A stretch of DNA of 54,273 bases, filler included, from Dirinaria sp. TL-2023a (lineage: Eukaryota): the NCBI GenBank assembly GCA_051941275.1. It is 3 parts of 3 records of this genome, joined end to end, with 100 filler letters (N's around TTAATTAATTAA, not from the genome) between each part and the next. Parts side by side here need not be neighbours in the genome. Positions count along the whole stretch, not along the records: positions 1 to 18,032 come from JAVEBF010000401.1; positions 18,133 to 36,160 come from JAVEBF010000402.1; 1 more part is not named here. One strand, 5' to 3'. A model generated the notes under the pieces. It searched no databases, had not been told where the DNA came from, and saw only the letters and a program-made list of their open reading frames with translations. Positions 12,607 through 26,054 of the stretch are shown here, piece by piece (positions within the stretch are counted from its first letter, which is position 1; every line of letters starts with the position of its first letter). Both the position numbers and the translations under genes were made by a program.

Positions 12607-15600
12607 AAATGAGATAGACTTTTGCTATGGGAGACTATGATCGATGGTAGCATTGTGAGAATTGAGACAGGTCGTGGATGGCTTGAGGTTCGGTCTGCAA
12701 GAAGAGGGTGCTAGAGGTTAAAGCAGCCTTCATTTCGAGCTGCAGTCCCAATTTCACCATCCCTGGAAGTTGGGGATGTGACGGAAGACTGAAACAATCT
12801 CAGGGAAAACCTTCCGAGTCACTGAGAGAGCAAGACGCGCCACAACTATCAGGCTTTCCAATTCCTCAGTGCCACGCCGGCATTACTTGTGCGAACAAGT
12901 ATTTAAGCAATAGGTTTGGGGTCCCACTGCGGGCACACCATTCTACTCTACTGCCACACCGCCCTCTCTACTTATTGTTTTCATCTATCAATCGCTCGCT
13001 TCATCGTTACTTCGTGAAACCGTCGTCGCTTGAAATTCGCACCCTGTCAGAGCAGAGAAATGGATATACTTGAATCCAAGGCATCAAAGGGGTCGGATGC
13101 ATCACCACGTGAAAATGAATATTTAGTGGGGAGGGTGATGTGGCGGCAGTGGGACCCTATAGTTGAGGTTCAGGGCTTGACCGGCTCAAACAGAGTCATG
13201 GCGACTTGTACTCAGAACCAAGCATGTTCTCACTGCCGACACGATACAATACGATATTCTTGTCGCCACGTTCTTTACTCGGCGAAGACGGCGCTCATAC
13301 AGTCGCATCGTATACCATTGTAAGCGCTCAGAAGGAATGACTGAACCATGTCAAACTAGAGACCGAATACCTGTTTGTGCTCTCTCTTAAGCTAAGTCAG
13401 ATTTGCTTTTGTGGAGTTTGCTCTTACACAATCGGCTTATGTACAACACACAATATTCTTTGATGTAATATTCTACGGCAGTGTCCCTCGCTTTGCGCTT
13501 CAAGTCCACGCTTCTATTTGATGAAGGGCCTTTTCTATGTTACTTGCATCGATGTTTACTACGTTCGGACTAGATTAGAGTTTACTGCACGGCTTACCTC
13601 AGGTCTTGAGGTTAAGTGTATTAGCGAAGCGTTCTCGAGCATCTTACAAAGGCAAATATATACATGATCCTGAGAGGGTAAATTTCGTCCTATGGTCGAG
13701 TCCTTTGCAATCTACAGCTTTGAGGAAGCACTGTCTAGGGCGAACACAATTGTAACTTTGCAGCCCCCTTGTCTGTTTTTTGCTGACGCTTGGCTATATT
13801 TATCGAGTTTTGTTTGTGTCAACTCGCATGGCATGCGTAAAATCAAAAACCGAACTTGTTCAAGGAAACAATGGATCATGTGATCGATGTACAGCATTCT
13901 TCCGCATCAAAGGGAGCTGCATGATGTGACTCTGCAAGATTACGGGGCTACCCTCGGAAGATCGGAGAAGAGGTCAGTGCACGGCTGGCCAGATCTTCAA
14001 GAACAAGCATTGCATATGGATTGACTTTAGTAAACTGGGAGGCATGAAGTAGCCAGCTGTGCCTCTGTGGGAACAGAATGATGCGGCTGGACAGTGCATA
14101 ATTCTCCGGAGAAGGAGTGCAGCATCTCCACGAATATCGGATCACGATCGAGGACCAAATAATTTTCGAAAAGCTAAAATGTTGGCGGCCACGGAACTGC
14201 TTACGTTCAGACTCGAGGGTAAAACTGTCAATGTTCAGTGGATCATGGCTTCGGAGGTCCTCGGCGAAGGCCAAGTGAAGCAGTCGGAAAGTGCAGTTGC
14301 CGCTAGTGACCTAATATGATTGCATTGTCCAAGCAGCTCGCATCAGTCAGAATTAGCGACGCCCTGTCACGCTTTGCGACTGAGTACGTCACTGCGTACG
14401 AGTTTCTGTGTGCCGGAAATGTTCGGTGTTGGAGTCTGCGAAAAATCATCAATGCCAGGATTGAGGTCCAGGCCTGGAGCCTGCTACTTGTTCGCTAGGA
14501 GGAATGCAATGAGATTGGGGACGACTGTCTCCTCCGTCGATCGCTTTGAAGTATGTCATAAGTTTTGTTGCTACATGCTAGCTGTCCTTGTGGCACTTGT
14601 GAGTTGCAAGCTTGGCGTTGAGAGGGCATAAACTACGTGTTAACGATGTGCTCATTTTCGAGCCTCGAATAAAGAATGAGTTGAGATCCTACATAGTCTC
14701 AAGCGTCATATTGTCTAATGAGAAAGCCTTTCTACCAAGACTTCTTACTACTTGGAACTGGTCTGCCTCAACGAAAGCCGCTTTGGTGTTATTGACGACG
14801 ACAGCTTCCCCAGGTGCTCATGAGCTCTTTAGATGGGTACCTTTATCATCCCGACAATCGAAATTGCAACTCCACAGCGCATGTCTCATGGCTCAGAAAG
14901 TCTGTTGCTGTCTTTGAAGAACGTCGAGGGTTCTTGCTGACACCTTCTTGAACTGAGAGGCTGGTGTGTGATTTTGTTGTTACTACTATGATCATAGGTT
15001 CCCATAGTTACATATGTCCTTACGAGTAATAAGCCTTATTTATTCATTGTGATATATTTTGAAGCTCGTTTCTGTACATGAATCTTAAAGAGGTGTGTGA
15101 GCAGGAGCTTCGTGGATCTTTAAAAAGGCTTCAACCGCTAGTCGTTTTGCAGTCTGCGGGTCCTGTGTATTCGATGTCTAAGATGCTCTCTATGACTTGA
15201 ATGAAACAACAACCCTAAAATGCTCCTAAGAGCTTGATGATATCTACACACCGCAACCAATCATAGTCGGTCCTCCTGCACAGACTAGGCGAAGCGAATG
15301 CAAGTCTCGGAGACATACAAGTACAGGCCCCAGTATCTATCTACCTTACCTTAGTATCTACCGTATCTGGTCATCGCTCTGGATATCGATTCACCTCACC
15401 ACTCCATCATCACCGGTGCATTGTCGATGAACAACCTTGCAACGTGAGGGTCAATCGACGAATGATCAATTGAGGTTAAGAGTGGATACCACAGAGTCCC
15501 GGTAAGCCCCGTGAAAGACATGGATCATCCTCTCGTTACGTTTCCCCGATCCGTCAATTTGTGGAACCGTGTCCAGCAAGTCGGTCGAAGTAGGGAAGAG

Positions 15601-15913
15601 AATCGGAGGAAAAGGTCAGGTACGACATTGACCGTTCTTTGTCTACCGTGACAAATCACCATCATCTCTCCGTATATCTGATTCAACCCGGAGGGAGACT
15701 CGGATCAGAGAACCAATCGAAGATAGACCAGCAACCTACTTAGGTCTATCTCATTTTCCATTTTCCACTATCGTATTCTTCACACCCCTTCTCCAATCTT
15801 TTCTCTCTCTCGATGCTGATGGAACTTCCGTCCTTCGGCACGTCTCCCGCTCTCACCACCTTCTGTCTACTCATGAAGTCCTCTTGTTTTCCTTCTGCTT
15901 CGTTACTGTCATC

Positions 15914-17789
15914 ATGGAAGGCAGAGCTAACGGCTCACGCCAGCGCAAGAAAGCAAAACATATGTCACGTGTGAAGCAGGATCTTTGCAGCGCTCGCCAT
16001 TGTGGTGGTGCCGCTGGCAAGTATCCGGAAGATAGCATGATTCGACGAATGCTGCCCGGAGGTCGTCTTCCCCATGTATGCGTTGTTGGCGCCGGCATGG
16101 CGGGATTGCGGTGTGCTGAAGTGTTAAGTCACAAAGGCATCAAGGTGACGATACTCGAAGCGCGCGATCGTATTGGTGGACGGGTACGTAGATTGTACAC
16201 ACGCGCATGCAGGTTGGGCTCACAGTTTACAGATCCATCAAAGTGAGCACCTGGGTCGTTTGGTGGATCTGTGAGTAATACACTCTGAAAGTTTATGCGA
16301 TGGCGACTGAGTTCATAGCCAGTGGTCCGAACTGGATACATGGCACAGATCATAACCCAATCTTGGATCTCGCCAAGGCCACCGATACCACAACATTCCA
16401 CCCAGAAGGCGAGAGCACAGCAGCAATCGATGAAACCGGCCAGCCAATGTCCGATGATAAGCTCACCTACCATAATGAGATCATGTGGGGGATTATCCAA
16501 AGTGGCTTCAAGTACAGCAACGAGAATTCACCTTCGATACCTCAGAGTCGATCGTTATCAGACTTCTTCATGGCGACCATTAAGGACAAGGGTTTGGACG
16601 ATTCTGTCTCGAAAGTCGTAATCCAATTGGCGAGGATATGGGGCAATTTCGTTGGTGGTGCGATTGAGCGGCAGAGCCTGAAATATCTGTGGCTTGAAGA
16701 ATGTATCGATGGAGGTTTAGCTACACCCACCGGTAGCTATGGCGCAGATGTCACTGACGAAGAGCAGAGAACTTATTCGTAGCGAACACCTACAAAGCCA
16801 TCCTCGAACATGTAGCTGAAACCGTGCTTTCCAAGGTCGACCTTCATTTATCGACTCAGGTCACCAAGGTCATAAGTAATGACCGATTGGGCGCTGACCA
16901 TCCTCTAAGCACTGCTGTTTGTACCAATGCGAACGATGCGCCGTTTCTCTACGATGAGGTGGTCGTCACTGCTCCACTGGGCTATCTCAAGCGCAACCTC
17001 TCCATGTTCTCGCCTCCTCTGCCTTCCAACCTCACAAGATCGATTTCGCACCTGTCTTACGGCCGCCTTGAAAAGGTTTATCTCACCTTCCCCAGGGCAT
17101 ATTGGTCACCCTTGCCGACTTCAGACCCCAAAACACCCTTCTTCACCCACTTCCTGAACCCCAACTACACCCCAAAGCTGAATCCGAAAGCTTGGAACAT
17201 GGACTGTGCCTCTCTCGCCGATTTACCAGACGGCTCAGCACAGCCGACTCTCCTCTTCTACATGCATGGTGGTTGCGCTGAGTACATCACGTCACTCGCC
17301 AACGGCCTGAGCCCGTCCTCGCAAGAATACTATGACCGCCTCCAACCCTTCTTCGAGCCGTACTATGCACGCCTACCCAACTACGACGCCGCCTCGTCCG
17401 ACTGCATCCCAAAGAGCATCCTGGCCACGAATTGGCAGAACGACGAATTCGCAGGCTATGGATCATACACCAATTTCCAGATTTCGCACGAAGACGAGGC
17501 GGTCCTGCTCGATAAGGATATTGAGACGCTGAGACACGGGCTGCCGGAGAGGAACATTTGGTTCGCGGGTGAGCACACGGCTCCCTTCGTTGCTCTGGGG
17601 ACCGTCACGGGGGCTTATTGGAGCGGAGAGACTGCGGCGAGGAGGATTCTGAACGCGTACGGATTGGCGGATGATGAAGAAAAGAAAGAAGAGGCGGCGA
17701 TTGATCAAGAGTTGATGGACGGCGATGGGGCAGATAAGAGGGTTGATGCAAAGAACACGGCGCTTGGCGCTGGCGTTACAGGCCTTTAA
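15914..17789 (+). CDS. Flavin-containing amine/polyamine oxidase (Fms1-like); introns 16184-16232, 16271-16322, 16715-16767
   Basis: FAD motif [10 protein letters not shown]...[11 protein letters not shown], spliced [22 protein letters not shown] and C-terminal WFAGEHT...[10 protein letters not shown]. All three GT-AG introns restore the frame. The start codon is uncertain (15914 or ~16038). Confidence 0.88.
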
Positions 17790-18032
17790 AGCACGATCCA
17801 CGGCCGATCGAGCTAACAAAAGGTGAGAAATGGCTCAAAGCTCGGGGAAGAGGGGGGGCATCGACTGCTTCAGATGTTTCAAGCACTCACGACCGACCCA
17901 CTTTCAACAGAAATACAGAAGCCTCGCAAGCTACCATAGAAACAATTAAATAGAAAGCACGGCTGTTTTCCTTACTAGCGCCCTTGCTTTCCTAATACCA
18001 AAGTTCTTACGTTTCCTACCTCTTCAACTTCC

Positions 18033-18132
18033 NNNNNNNNNNNNNNNNNNNNNNNNNNNNNNNNNNNNNNNNNNNNTTAATTAATTAANNNNNNNNNNNN
18101 NNNNNNNNNNNNNNNNNNNNNNNNNNNNNNNN
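18033..18132. other. Artificial contig-joining spacer
   Basis: 44 N, then TTAATTAATTAA (stop codons in all six frames), then 44 N; exactly 100 nt. Confidence 0.97.
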
Positions 18133-19209
18133 CCCAAACCCACATCTCAAAAAAAAAGAAAAGAAAAAAAAAATTCAATACGCTAATCATACCCTAAAAA
18201 AGACACAAATATACATAAGTACTCGTACTCGTACAACAATACTCAACCATCACCGGTACCAATACCCCCCAGCAGCTAATAAACAGTACATCTCTCATCC
18301 ATCCTTGAATCCCTTGAATAAAATTAAAGTAAACCAGATATCTGCTTCCATAGCCAGCATACCCATCTCAAATGCATGCCTACCCCCCAGAAATTCCCGC
18401 TCCACTAGTATTAGACTATAGGTAGTATCGCTAAAGCTCGGATATAAAGAGTTCGAACTCACGAAGACACTTTGTCCAGAAGTATATTTGGAGTCAGTTT
18501 ACAACCGGGAGTGGGAATACTTGGACGTGGACGTGGGATGTTATATAGTTCTTAATGGTAGAGGAGCTATGTTATTAGGCCGGGCCAGCTTGCGGCGGTC
18601 TCTCTGCTGTGTATAAACAAGCTCTACCATCTGGTGCCCCGCGGGAGGGGGGTTAATCGTGGGATACTGGTGGGGGCGTTTGGGAGTTTTTCCGCTCTGT
18701 TTTTTTTTTTTTTCCTTTTCCTTTTGGTTGTGTTTGTGTGTATATTATTTTTGCTGGGAACACAGAATTCCTAAATTTCGAGTGCTGAACGGAAGAGAAG
18801 GAATGGGAGAGCCGGGAATTATATATATAGTTCTAGAGAACTTTTGATTGCTTGGTAGGAGTTCTGTGGATTTGGTTTGGTTTTTATCTCCGTGTGTCTT
18901 AAGAAAGCGAAGATGGCTGTGTTAGTCCCCAAAACATGCAGATAGGAGGGTGTGGTGGGTCCGTATTCTCAGCATTTCGTAAGCTAGGACTCACGATCCC
19001 GTTTTGGTCTTCGTGGTGGCACCTTGCGGCCGGTAGGGTATTACAACATTGATATGGCAGCCGCGCCCGGCTGGAGCTAAAGACCCGAAGGATAAGGGTG
19101 GGGATTATAGACAGAATATTCAAAATAAAACTCATATCATAGCCAAAAATTAAAAAAAAAAAAAGTTAAAAAGAGAAGCTCCGTCGTATGTTTCACCCGG
19201 TTTGATCCC

Positions 19210-20781
19210 TCACGCAGGCACCAACCTGACCTTGGCGCCATTCCTCGAGATGGTGGTAATCTTCCATTCCTCGACAAAGTCCCATACTTCGTCCTTGCAT
19301 TCCACCTCCACGTACTTCTCGACCACGCGTCCAATCGCGTACCCGACCTCGGTCAACGCCAGCTGCATGCCGAGACAGATCCTCGGCCCGCCGCCAAAGG
19401 GGAGGAAGGTCCAATGGCCCACTTTGATCAGCCCTTCTTCCCCTCCTTGGAGTCCTTGGTTAGGTTGGAGCCAGCGATCCGGTCTCCAGACTTCTGCGTC
19501 CGCGCCCCAGATCTCGGGCAGGCGGTGCAGGGCATAGAAGCTCGTTGTCAAGCTGGTCCCCTTTTTCACAAAGATGGGTGAGCGCCCGTCGGCGCCGCCG
19601 CCTGTTGGGAGCATAGTGTCACGCAGAGCCACGCGGTTCATTTGGCCAATGGACGGATTGAGCCGGAACGTCTCGTTCATGACGGCCTGGAGGTACTTGC
19701 ACCCTTTTAGGCGCTCGAAGGTCCAATTTGCATGGGGCCCCATAGCCAAGATCTCCTTACGGAGAGTCGCATAGACGCGCGGGTGCCGCGAGAGATGGAA
19801 AAAAGTGTTGGTCAGGGCTACGGCTGTGGCATCATGGGCGGGGAGGAAAACATTCAGCAGCTGATTGACAATGTCGGTGCGATCGGCGGTCTGAGACGCC
19901 AGTTCGTGCGCTAGCACCAGCCTGCTGTTAGTCGGTGACTTCTTAAGATCACCCCGAGCACGGTGAGAAGATAGGGCTTGGTTGACGCATTTCTCGACAA
20001 AGGCGCGGGCAAGCGCGCAGGAGCGCCAGAAGCGCGGGTCTCGGGTTAAAAAGTCCCATTGCGGTAGCTGCATGCGCTTCCCAATCCCCGCTTGGCCGTA
20101 GTTGTAGGCTTGGAGGAATGCTTGCGCGTCAAGGGTTGGAGTAGGGGTTAGAGCATGCGTACAGTGCCCGAAGAGGAACTCAGTGCTGGAGTCGAGCGCT
20201 AAGTTCTCAAAGTGCGGTTTCAAGTCGACATCAGAGCCATCGTCCGGCAACGCTGCCATCAAGTTATTGACATGTACACGGTAAGCCGAAAGATCCGATA
20301 TTTGGCCCCGGGAGAACGTCTGTTTCAGCAGCGCCCGTGAATGGGACCAGAATGAACCATCGGTCGTCATTATACCCTTGCCAATGAATGGCCCGAAGAA
20401 AAAAAGCCGCAAGGGAGCTATTCCCCATGAATCGAAGTCGGTGCCGAAGACCGACTGAAGATTCTTGGGCGCAATCGTGCAGATTTTAGTCTTGTTATAA
20501 ACCTGGGATTGGAAGGTGTTGCCGTAGTCTGAGAATTGCTGCGCGAGAGAGGCATTACGCCTGTTCTTTCGGAAAGAGGATAAGGCCTGGAAGACGATAT
20601 CAAGACCAAAGATAGGGTCAATTTGCGAGGCACTTGGAGGTGGCTCGCAGCCATGACGGCGGGCTCGGCGTTGGCGGCGGAAATGGAGTACCAGCGCTCG
20701 GACAATGGAGACGATGAGATACCCCAGCACAAAGATGAGAATGGAATACTTAATATTCATCTGCCCAACGCGAAAATCCAT
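19210..20781 (-). CDS. Cytochrome P450, CYP52-like, intronless
   Basis: N-terminal TM anchor, DPIFGLD, GIMTTDG..WSHSRALLK, ExxR (ETFR), WRPDRW and heme motif FLPFGGGPRICLG. First in-frame ATG at 20781 (alternative 20760). Confidence 0.95.
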   Translation of the reverse strand: MDFRVGQMNIKYSILIFVLGYLIVSIVRALVLHFRRQRRARRHGCEPPPSASQIDPIFGLDIVFQALSSFRKNRRNASLAQQFSDYGNTFQSQVYNKTKICTIAPKNLQSVFGTDFDSWGIAPLRLFFFGPFIGKGIMTTDGSFWSHSRALLKQTFSRGQISDLSAYRVHVNNLMAALPDDGSDVDLKPHFENLALDSSTEFLFGHCTHALTPTPTLDAQAFLQAYNYGQAGIGKRMQLPQWDFLTRDPRFWRSCALARAFVEKCVNQALSSHRARGDLKKSPTNSRLVLAHELASQTADRTDIVNQLLNVFLPAHDATAVALTNTFFHLSRHPRVYATLRKEILAMGPHANWTFERLKGCKYLQAVMNETFRLNPSIGQMNRVALRDTMLPTGGGADGRSPIFVKKGTSLTTSFYALHRLPEIWGADAEVWRPDRWLQPNQGLQGGEEGLIKVGHWTFLPFGGGPRICLGMQLALTEVGYAIGRVVEKYVEVECKDEVWDFVEEWKITTISRNGAKVRLVPA

Positions 20782-21607
20782 GTTGAGTTTCAAGTCCTTG
20801 GCCACGATGACTGGAGCAAGAGCGAACGGGCGACTTAAGGAAGGATCCTCATATTCAGACTCAGCAGGAGTAGGAAGAGACGATCCTGTATCAGAGTCAT
20901 CCTTCGGCTGCCACTGGCTAGTGGTTCAATCCAAGCCGCTACACGTGTTTTCACGCCGAATGCGGTAAAGCGTGGCGCTTATGGCGCGAAATGATAGGGG
21001 CTAAATATTGTCGAGGAGCTGGGAACATCATCCTTCCGTTCGTATATGGCTTCTGCCTTGGTAATATTCGATCATGATTCGATGCTGTACCGCCAGGAGC
21101 GGCTCGCTCTCATCGTAGGGTAAGTCCTTCCGGATCCGATGGGCCGCTGGGTGCGGAGAGGTGTTCGACTCCTATCCCTCAATCCTTTCGTCGTAATGAA
21201 GGGCAGGCCTCGTATAGAGACTCTTCATCGCATTCTCGGTGTGGGCCGAATGGATGTACGACAATATGCTGAGTTGTACATACTTACAGGGGACATGTCA
21301 TGTAACGATGATCTTTGGTACAGAACCTTGTCCCCGCGCTGCACTAGCTGTGCATGCTAAGGCATGCGTACCTTAGTAGTCAGCAAGCGAGGCTTGGAAC
21401 TTAAAAAAGTCGAAGTAATTTTCATCCCAGACCGTGAAAAGAACAAAGTGGGATCGGATCCCTCGACTTTGACTTTTCTCAAAATCGCTAATAGAGTTCT
21501 TTCTTATCTGATCAGCGTTGCCTATCCTACCGTACTGTACATCACTCCGTGATGATACGCTCAGAGGCACACACTCGACTCCCTGCTCTCCGCTCCGGCT
21601 CCTCTCC

Positions 21608-22615
21608 CTAGCCCTGTGGTTTCCGCCCCAGACACACCACCTTCGGCGTAACTCTCGCCCTCCCCTCCTGGCTCTCCACCACGCCTTCCTCGATAGCTCT
21701 CATCACCGTCTCCTTCTCCCGCTCCGTACTTTTACTCGAAGCTTCCTCCTCCATGACCAAGAATTGCATATCCTGGAAATACTTGGCGAGACCATGATCA
21801 CACCCAATCTCTTCCCTTCTCACTTCTTCAAAACCCACTTCCTGGATTACGGAATCAAGCTCCCGTACCCATCGCAGCGTGTCCATGGCTGTCAGTTCCT
21901 GCTTTTTCTGGAACTCTGTTGTTGCTTTCTCCCCCATTTTATCTGCTGCATTTTGACTCTGTGGCCTATTTTCTTCGGTGGCAGCGCTGACCGTATGCGC
22001 GTTCCAAGGATCCAACTCATCCCATTGCAGCCATCCGCCAGGCTTCAGCATCTTTAATGCATTCCTTAGCAACGGTCGCGGATTGTTATTACGGACCACC
22101 AGCAGCAACAGCCGGATATGCACCACATCATACCGATCCTCTATCTCTGAGTCCAAATTCGAGAAGATATCCCATCTTCGAACTGTGATATTCCGAGAGA
22201 GCCATTGCGCGGGAGGACATTGTTCCAGGCTGATATCAAAGCAGTCGATCAGTGCGGCGGGAAAATCGCGCGCAATGTCGAAAGCCCATAGGGCCGTGCC
22301 GGTTGCAAGGTCGGCGATGCGAGGCGTGTATGATGCCTTGGCAGTGGGTTGGAACGCGGAGGCGATGGATGGATGCAGAGAGTACCCCAGCTCCAATTTC
22401 CAGAGGAAGAGTTGGCAGTTCAACCGCGTACTGGCGGCATAATTACGCTTGAGGACGTATGATTCTTGTCGATGTTTTGTTGGCGATGCTAAAGTGTTTT
22501 CGTGGTGCTGCTGGTGTGTGGAAGTGTCGTTGCAAGTTTCGGAATCACTGGAATTACCCTTTTCGTGGTACGTGGATGGATCGCTGGTGAGGCTTGAATG
22601 ATCAATGGTGGACAT
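21608..22615 (-). CDS. Class I SAM-dependent methyltransferase (LaeA-like fungal family)
   Basis: Y.L.R....STRLNCQ, motif I IADLATGTALW, CFDIS, YDVVHIR and LKPGGWLQWDE. First ATG at 22615 (335 aa). Confidence 0.9.
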   Translation of the reverse strand: MSTIDHSSLTSDPSTYHEKGNSSDSETCNDTSTHQQHHENTLASPTKHRQESYVLKRNYAASTRLNCQLFLWKLELGYSLHPSIASAFQPTAKASYTPRIADLATGTALWAFDIARDFPAALIDCFDISLEQCPPAQWLSRNITVRRWDIFSNLDSEIEDRYDVVHIRLLLLVVRNNNPRPLLRNALKMLKPGGWLQWDELDPWNAHTVSAATEENRPQSQNAADKMGEKATTEFQKKQELTAMDTLRWVRELDSVIQEVGFEEVRREEIGCDHGLAKYFQDMQFLVMEEEASSKSTEREKETVMRAIEEGVVESQEGRARVTPKVVCLGRKPQG

Positions 22616-24604
22616 TGGAAGAGCGATAAATGGAGGAGAGTGGATAAGATCGTGTGTAGTTATCGATCTGTAGAGGTAAGTATGATGAATTTGATTCGGC
22701 AAGTGGTTCCCTTTTTGTATTTAGGCCTGAAACTATGGTAGGCTGGCTAGGCCATAGAAGAGGGGCGTGGCCTTATATACAGAACGTAAACAACTATATA
22801 TATGCTCTTAGGGTAGGCCGAAAAATACTACCCTCTACCGCTCTCCGTACTAATATTATCGGTTTTAAAAGGCTCTTCACATAGCTCCGTCAATCTCCGT
22901 CTGCACATCTAAATTAAAAGACTCTTGAAATCCGCATACGTGTCGCTCAAATCATCACATACTCGATAAATCTCGATATCGCGAGTTGAGACATGTCTGT
23001 TCAAATTTTGTATACATAGATCAACTTCAAAAGATGTTTTCGTGTGATGTCGAACTAAAAAGAGCGAGTAATTAGCGTATTCTCAACGTCTCGTCGTGAC
23101 GATTATCGTAAACAAAACGACGAGACATTGTTATGAACAAGACGTGTTGTCGAATTCGAGCAGATTCGACGTTCGCGGACATTGATGTCGATAGTAATAA
23201 TGATTATAACGATAATCCTTCGCGGGAGAGAGGTCGAGGGACATCCACATTGAAGTCGAAAAGAAGGAGGAGGATACTTGGCTCTACTAACATTGCAGTA
23301 GGTTCGTAGCCGGCACCACGTACAGGTGACCCTCATCGCCGGCCGTATGATGAATTTGATTGGATAGTCATTGTGGCGCAATGAGTGGAGGTGAGTGAGA
23401 CGGCGTGGGAAAGGTAAAGTTCCAGAAATAAGCTAGGAGAGTGTCCTCGACTGTGATTGAGGCGCATCTTCAGTCAATCATCTCGCAGCTGCTGGATGAA
23501 GTGCTGTCCATGCTTGGTGAGTAGGTGCCTTAAGACGAACCACGACTTCATCGCCATAAGCCATGATGATGAATCTCTCGAGGTATCTCTATTGGACTGA
23601 ACACGTTGGCTACTTGCCGAATCAAAATGTTTTGAAGTTGGAAGTATCATTATAATATGCCATCAGCTGTACTGAAAGCTCCGCAGATCGCAAGTATGTC
23701 GTTGCCATGCTGTGCATATAGTCTTCGTGTCCTGACTTAAAGGCTCTGCACCTGCGCAGCAACTTCATTCCTAATGTCATCATGTTCTTCAACAGAAACT
23801 GGATCCGATCGTCTTTCCTTGCTTAGTCAAAGCGACACTCTACCGTCTTGTACAGCGATACGTGACTGACATGTCGCTCTCTTTGCTGGCGTTTGTAGAG
23901 TATATGCGTTCTTTTCGACCGAACCTTGATCAGTACGCTCGTGTTCTACGAGTCAACTGTGAAAAGGTCTCAATTGTGACGACAGAACTTGAGGCATGGA
24001 CAAAGTCGGCACCGGAAGCACTTCGGGTTACCAGCGACTCTGCCCATAGCGAGCATATCAAAAGCCTCGCATTGAGAGAGTCCTCTCTTCAAGGGTCTGT
24101 CGTTGATGGCTAGGATTCGAAGGCGCCATTGAGGAATGGGGGAAAGCTCTGTCTATTGATCTCTCGCATGATCTGGTCGAAGGGGATACAAATACTCAGG
24201 AATGCTAGGCGCTAGTCCACACTCGGAATATGTTCATGCTGTCTGTGTTAGGTACTTACCGTAACACCCCGTATCGAATCGCCAGTCTGTGGCTATGGAA
24301 ATAATGGACGGTAAGCTGCAGCATTGCGATTATTTGTGTCGAGCAGGCAATCATTTCAGCGATGCCATCTCCAGTGCAATCATATTTCCCCAAATTAAGT
24401 AGCTCGTATAATGGACTGATGTAGAATCCAGAGTAACAACATTATCCTGTCGAGTTCCACTCATGAACGTTACCTGACATTCAAGACATCAACTCGTAGC
24501 TATGTAGATAATCCGGCAATATTTACGCGTGGCACGTCCATATCAGGTACATCTCAGCGTCAAAGTCATCCCCTATTGCCCCCCGGACGCCAACAAACCC
24601 CTAA

Positions 24605-26054
24605 TCACAGCACCTCGACATTCCTTCCCCTCTCTTCCCTGTCGGTACCAACTCTTCCATGTCCGTCCACGTAGACGTCTGTCCTGACTTGGATGCCTTG
24701 ATTCATCTCTAGATCCTCTAACGGTATGTTCGTTGCACTAATGTGCGTCCCATCCTTGGGACCGCTATCAGGCAATCTGACAAAGCCGTGTTTACTCTCT
24801 TCGTCCGTAGTCTCGCTCGCGCCGTTACTTTTGCCACTATTGTAGCTCTTGAGGTGGGAGTCCCAGATGTTGTAGGAACGTCCGCTAAGACCGTGGGAGA
24901 CTTTGCGACCGGTAGAGCTTGGGCGCTGGCTGCGGTCGATGGAGCCGAATAGAATAAGATTGAGCAGAGGCCGAAGAGAGGGTAGGCAGGCTGGAAGGCT
25001 ATTAATTAAGTGGTTGCGAAGCGGGGATGACGGAGGCTTACCACAGATGATGCCAACGTGGCTTTCCACGCCGGTCCAGACCTGAGTGTTTACGAAATTC
25101 CAGGTGATATCGGGTGAGACGAGGTTCAGATTGATGATGAAGGTGAAGCGGGCAATGGAGACGCCGATGACGCTTTGAAGGTGGTCAGTTCAGTCACCTG
25201 GGCTGACTTTTGCTCTGGGGACTCTTACAAAACACCGAGGATGAAGATACTGGTTAATGCGAATTTTTGCGCTCTCGGAAGCTGGAGCTTCCAAATGTAC
25301 GGTATCGGAAGCACAAGGATAGCCGCATCCGTGATGATGTTGGGGATCGAATTCCCATCAAAGAATTGGTTGACATTTACGCCACAGTGAAAGGGACCTT
25401 TTGCAGTGGGCGAGAACCGGTTCCAGAAGTCGCTCACCGGCGTGCATTGGAATATTGTTATGAGCATCTGAGAAGCTATTAGACCGAGCGCCAGCAGCTT
25501 TCAGCCCGTCGCACTTACGACAGCAGTACCCCAGAAACTGACAATAGTGCCTAGAACGTATATAGGGATTCGAATACTGCTTTGCTTGAATATGCGCCAG
25601 TAGAACGACAGCAGCGAGAACTTGATACTGCAGATGATGAATGTATAAGAAATCTCAGATATGAAGAGGCCCTTAGCCCAGACGACGGCGGCATCCGGTG
25701 GCGCGACCCAGACATGTTTTCCGAGACCATGATCAACCACTATAGAGGATCGTCTTAGATGTGTTTTCTTCGCATCACGGGGGACTTCGTACTGTATGTT
25801 ATAGATACGAAGCACATAAGAGCTGCGAAGAGCTACCCCATTGTTAGTACATAGGCTGTTTGCTGGACTATAGGACCTACAATTGCTGGTATCATAAGCC
25901 AGTCATCCCACCAAAACGGCGCATGAGTCAGCCTCCGCGCTGTAAAGCGCAGAAAGATAGCGATAACAGCGAGGCAAAAAGTGGCGATATTGACGCCTAG
26001 GATTCGAGGAACCTGGGTCGCGGATAGGTCTGTGCCTGGTGGAGGGCCTTCCAT
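24605..26054 (-). CDS. Pth11-like / fungal rhodopsin-domain integral membrane protein without a CFEM domain; about 6 exons
   Basis: Exon pieces joined by GT-AG introns give LRFTARR...WWDDW, HGLGKHVW, IKFSLLSFYWRIF, IFQCTP..DFW, NIITD..ILVLPIPYIWKLQL and W..VE..VGIICACLPSLRPL, the canonical family motifs. Confidence 0.9.

Noticed and set aside
18077..18088. TTAATTAATTAA as a biological site (e.g. piggyBac TTAA target)
   Set aside because: Centred in N runs and repeated identically at 36205-36216; it is a pipeline linker.
15914..20781. Amine oxidase as part of the P450/RiPP cluster
   Set aside because: Separated by the artificial spacer; different contig.
23500..24120. Short ORFs between the methyltransferase and Pth11-like genes
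   Set aside because: Under 90 aa, no recognisable motif and no consistent splice model.
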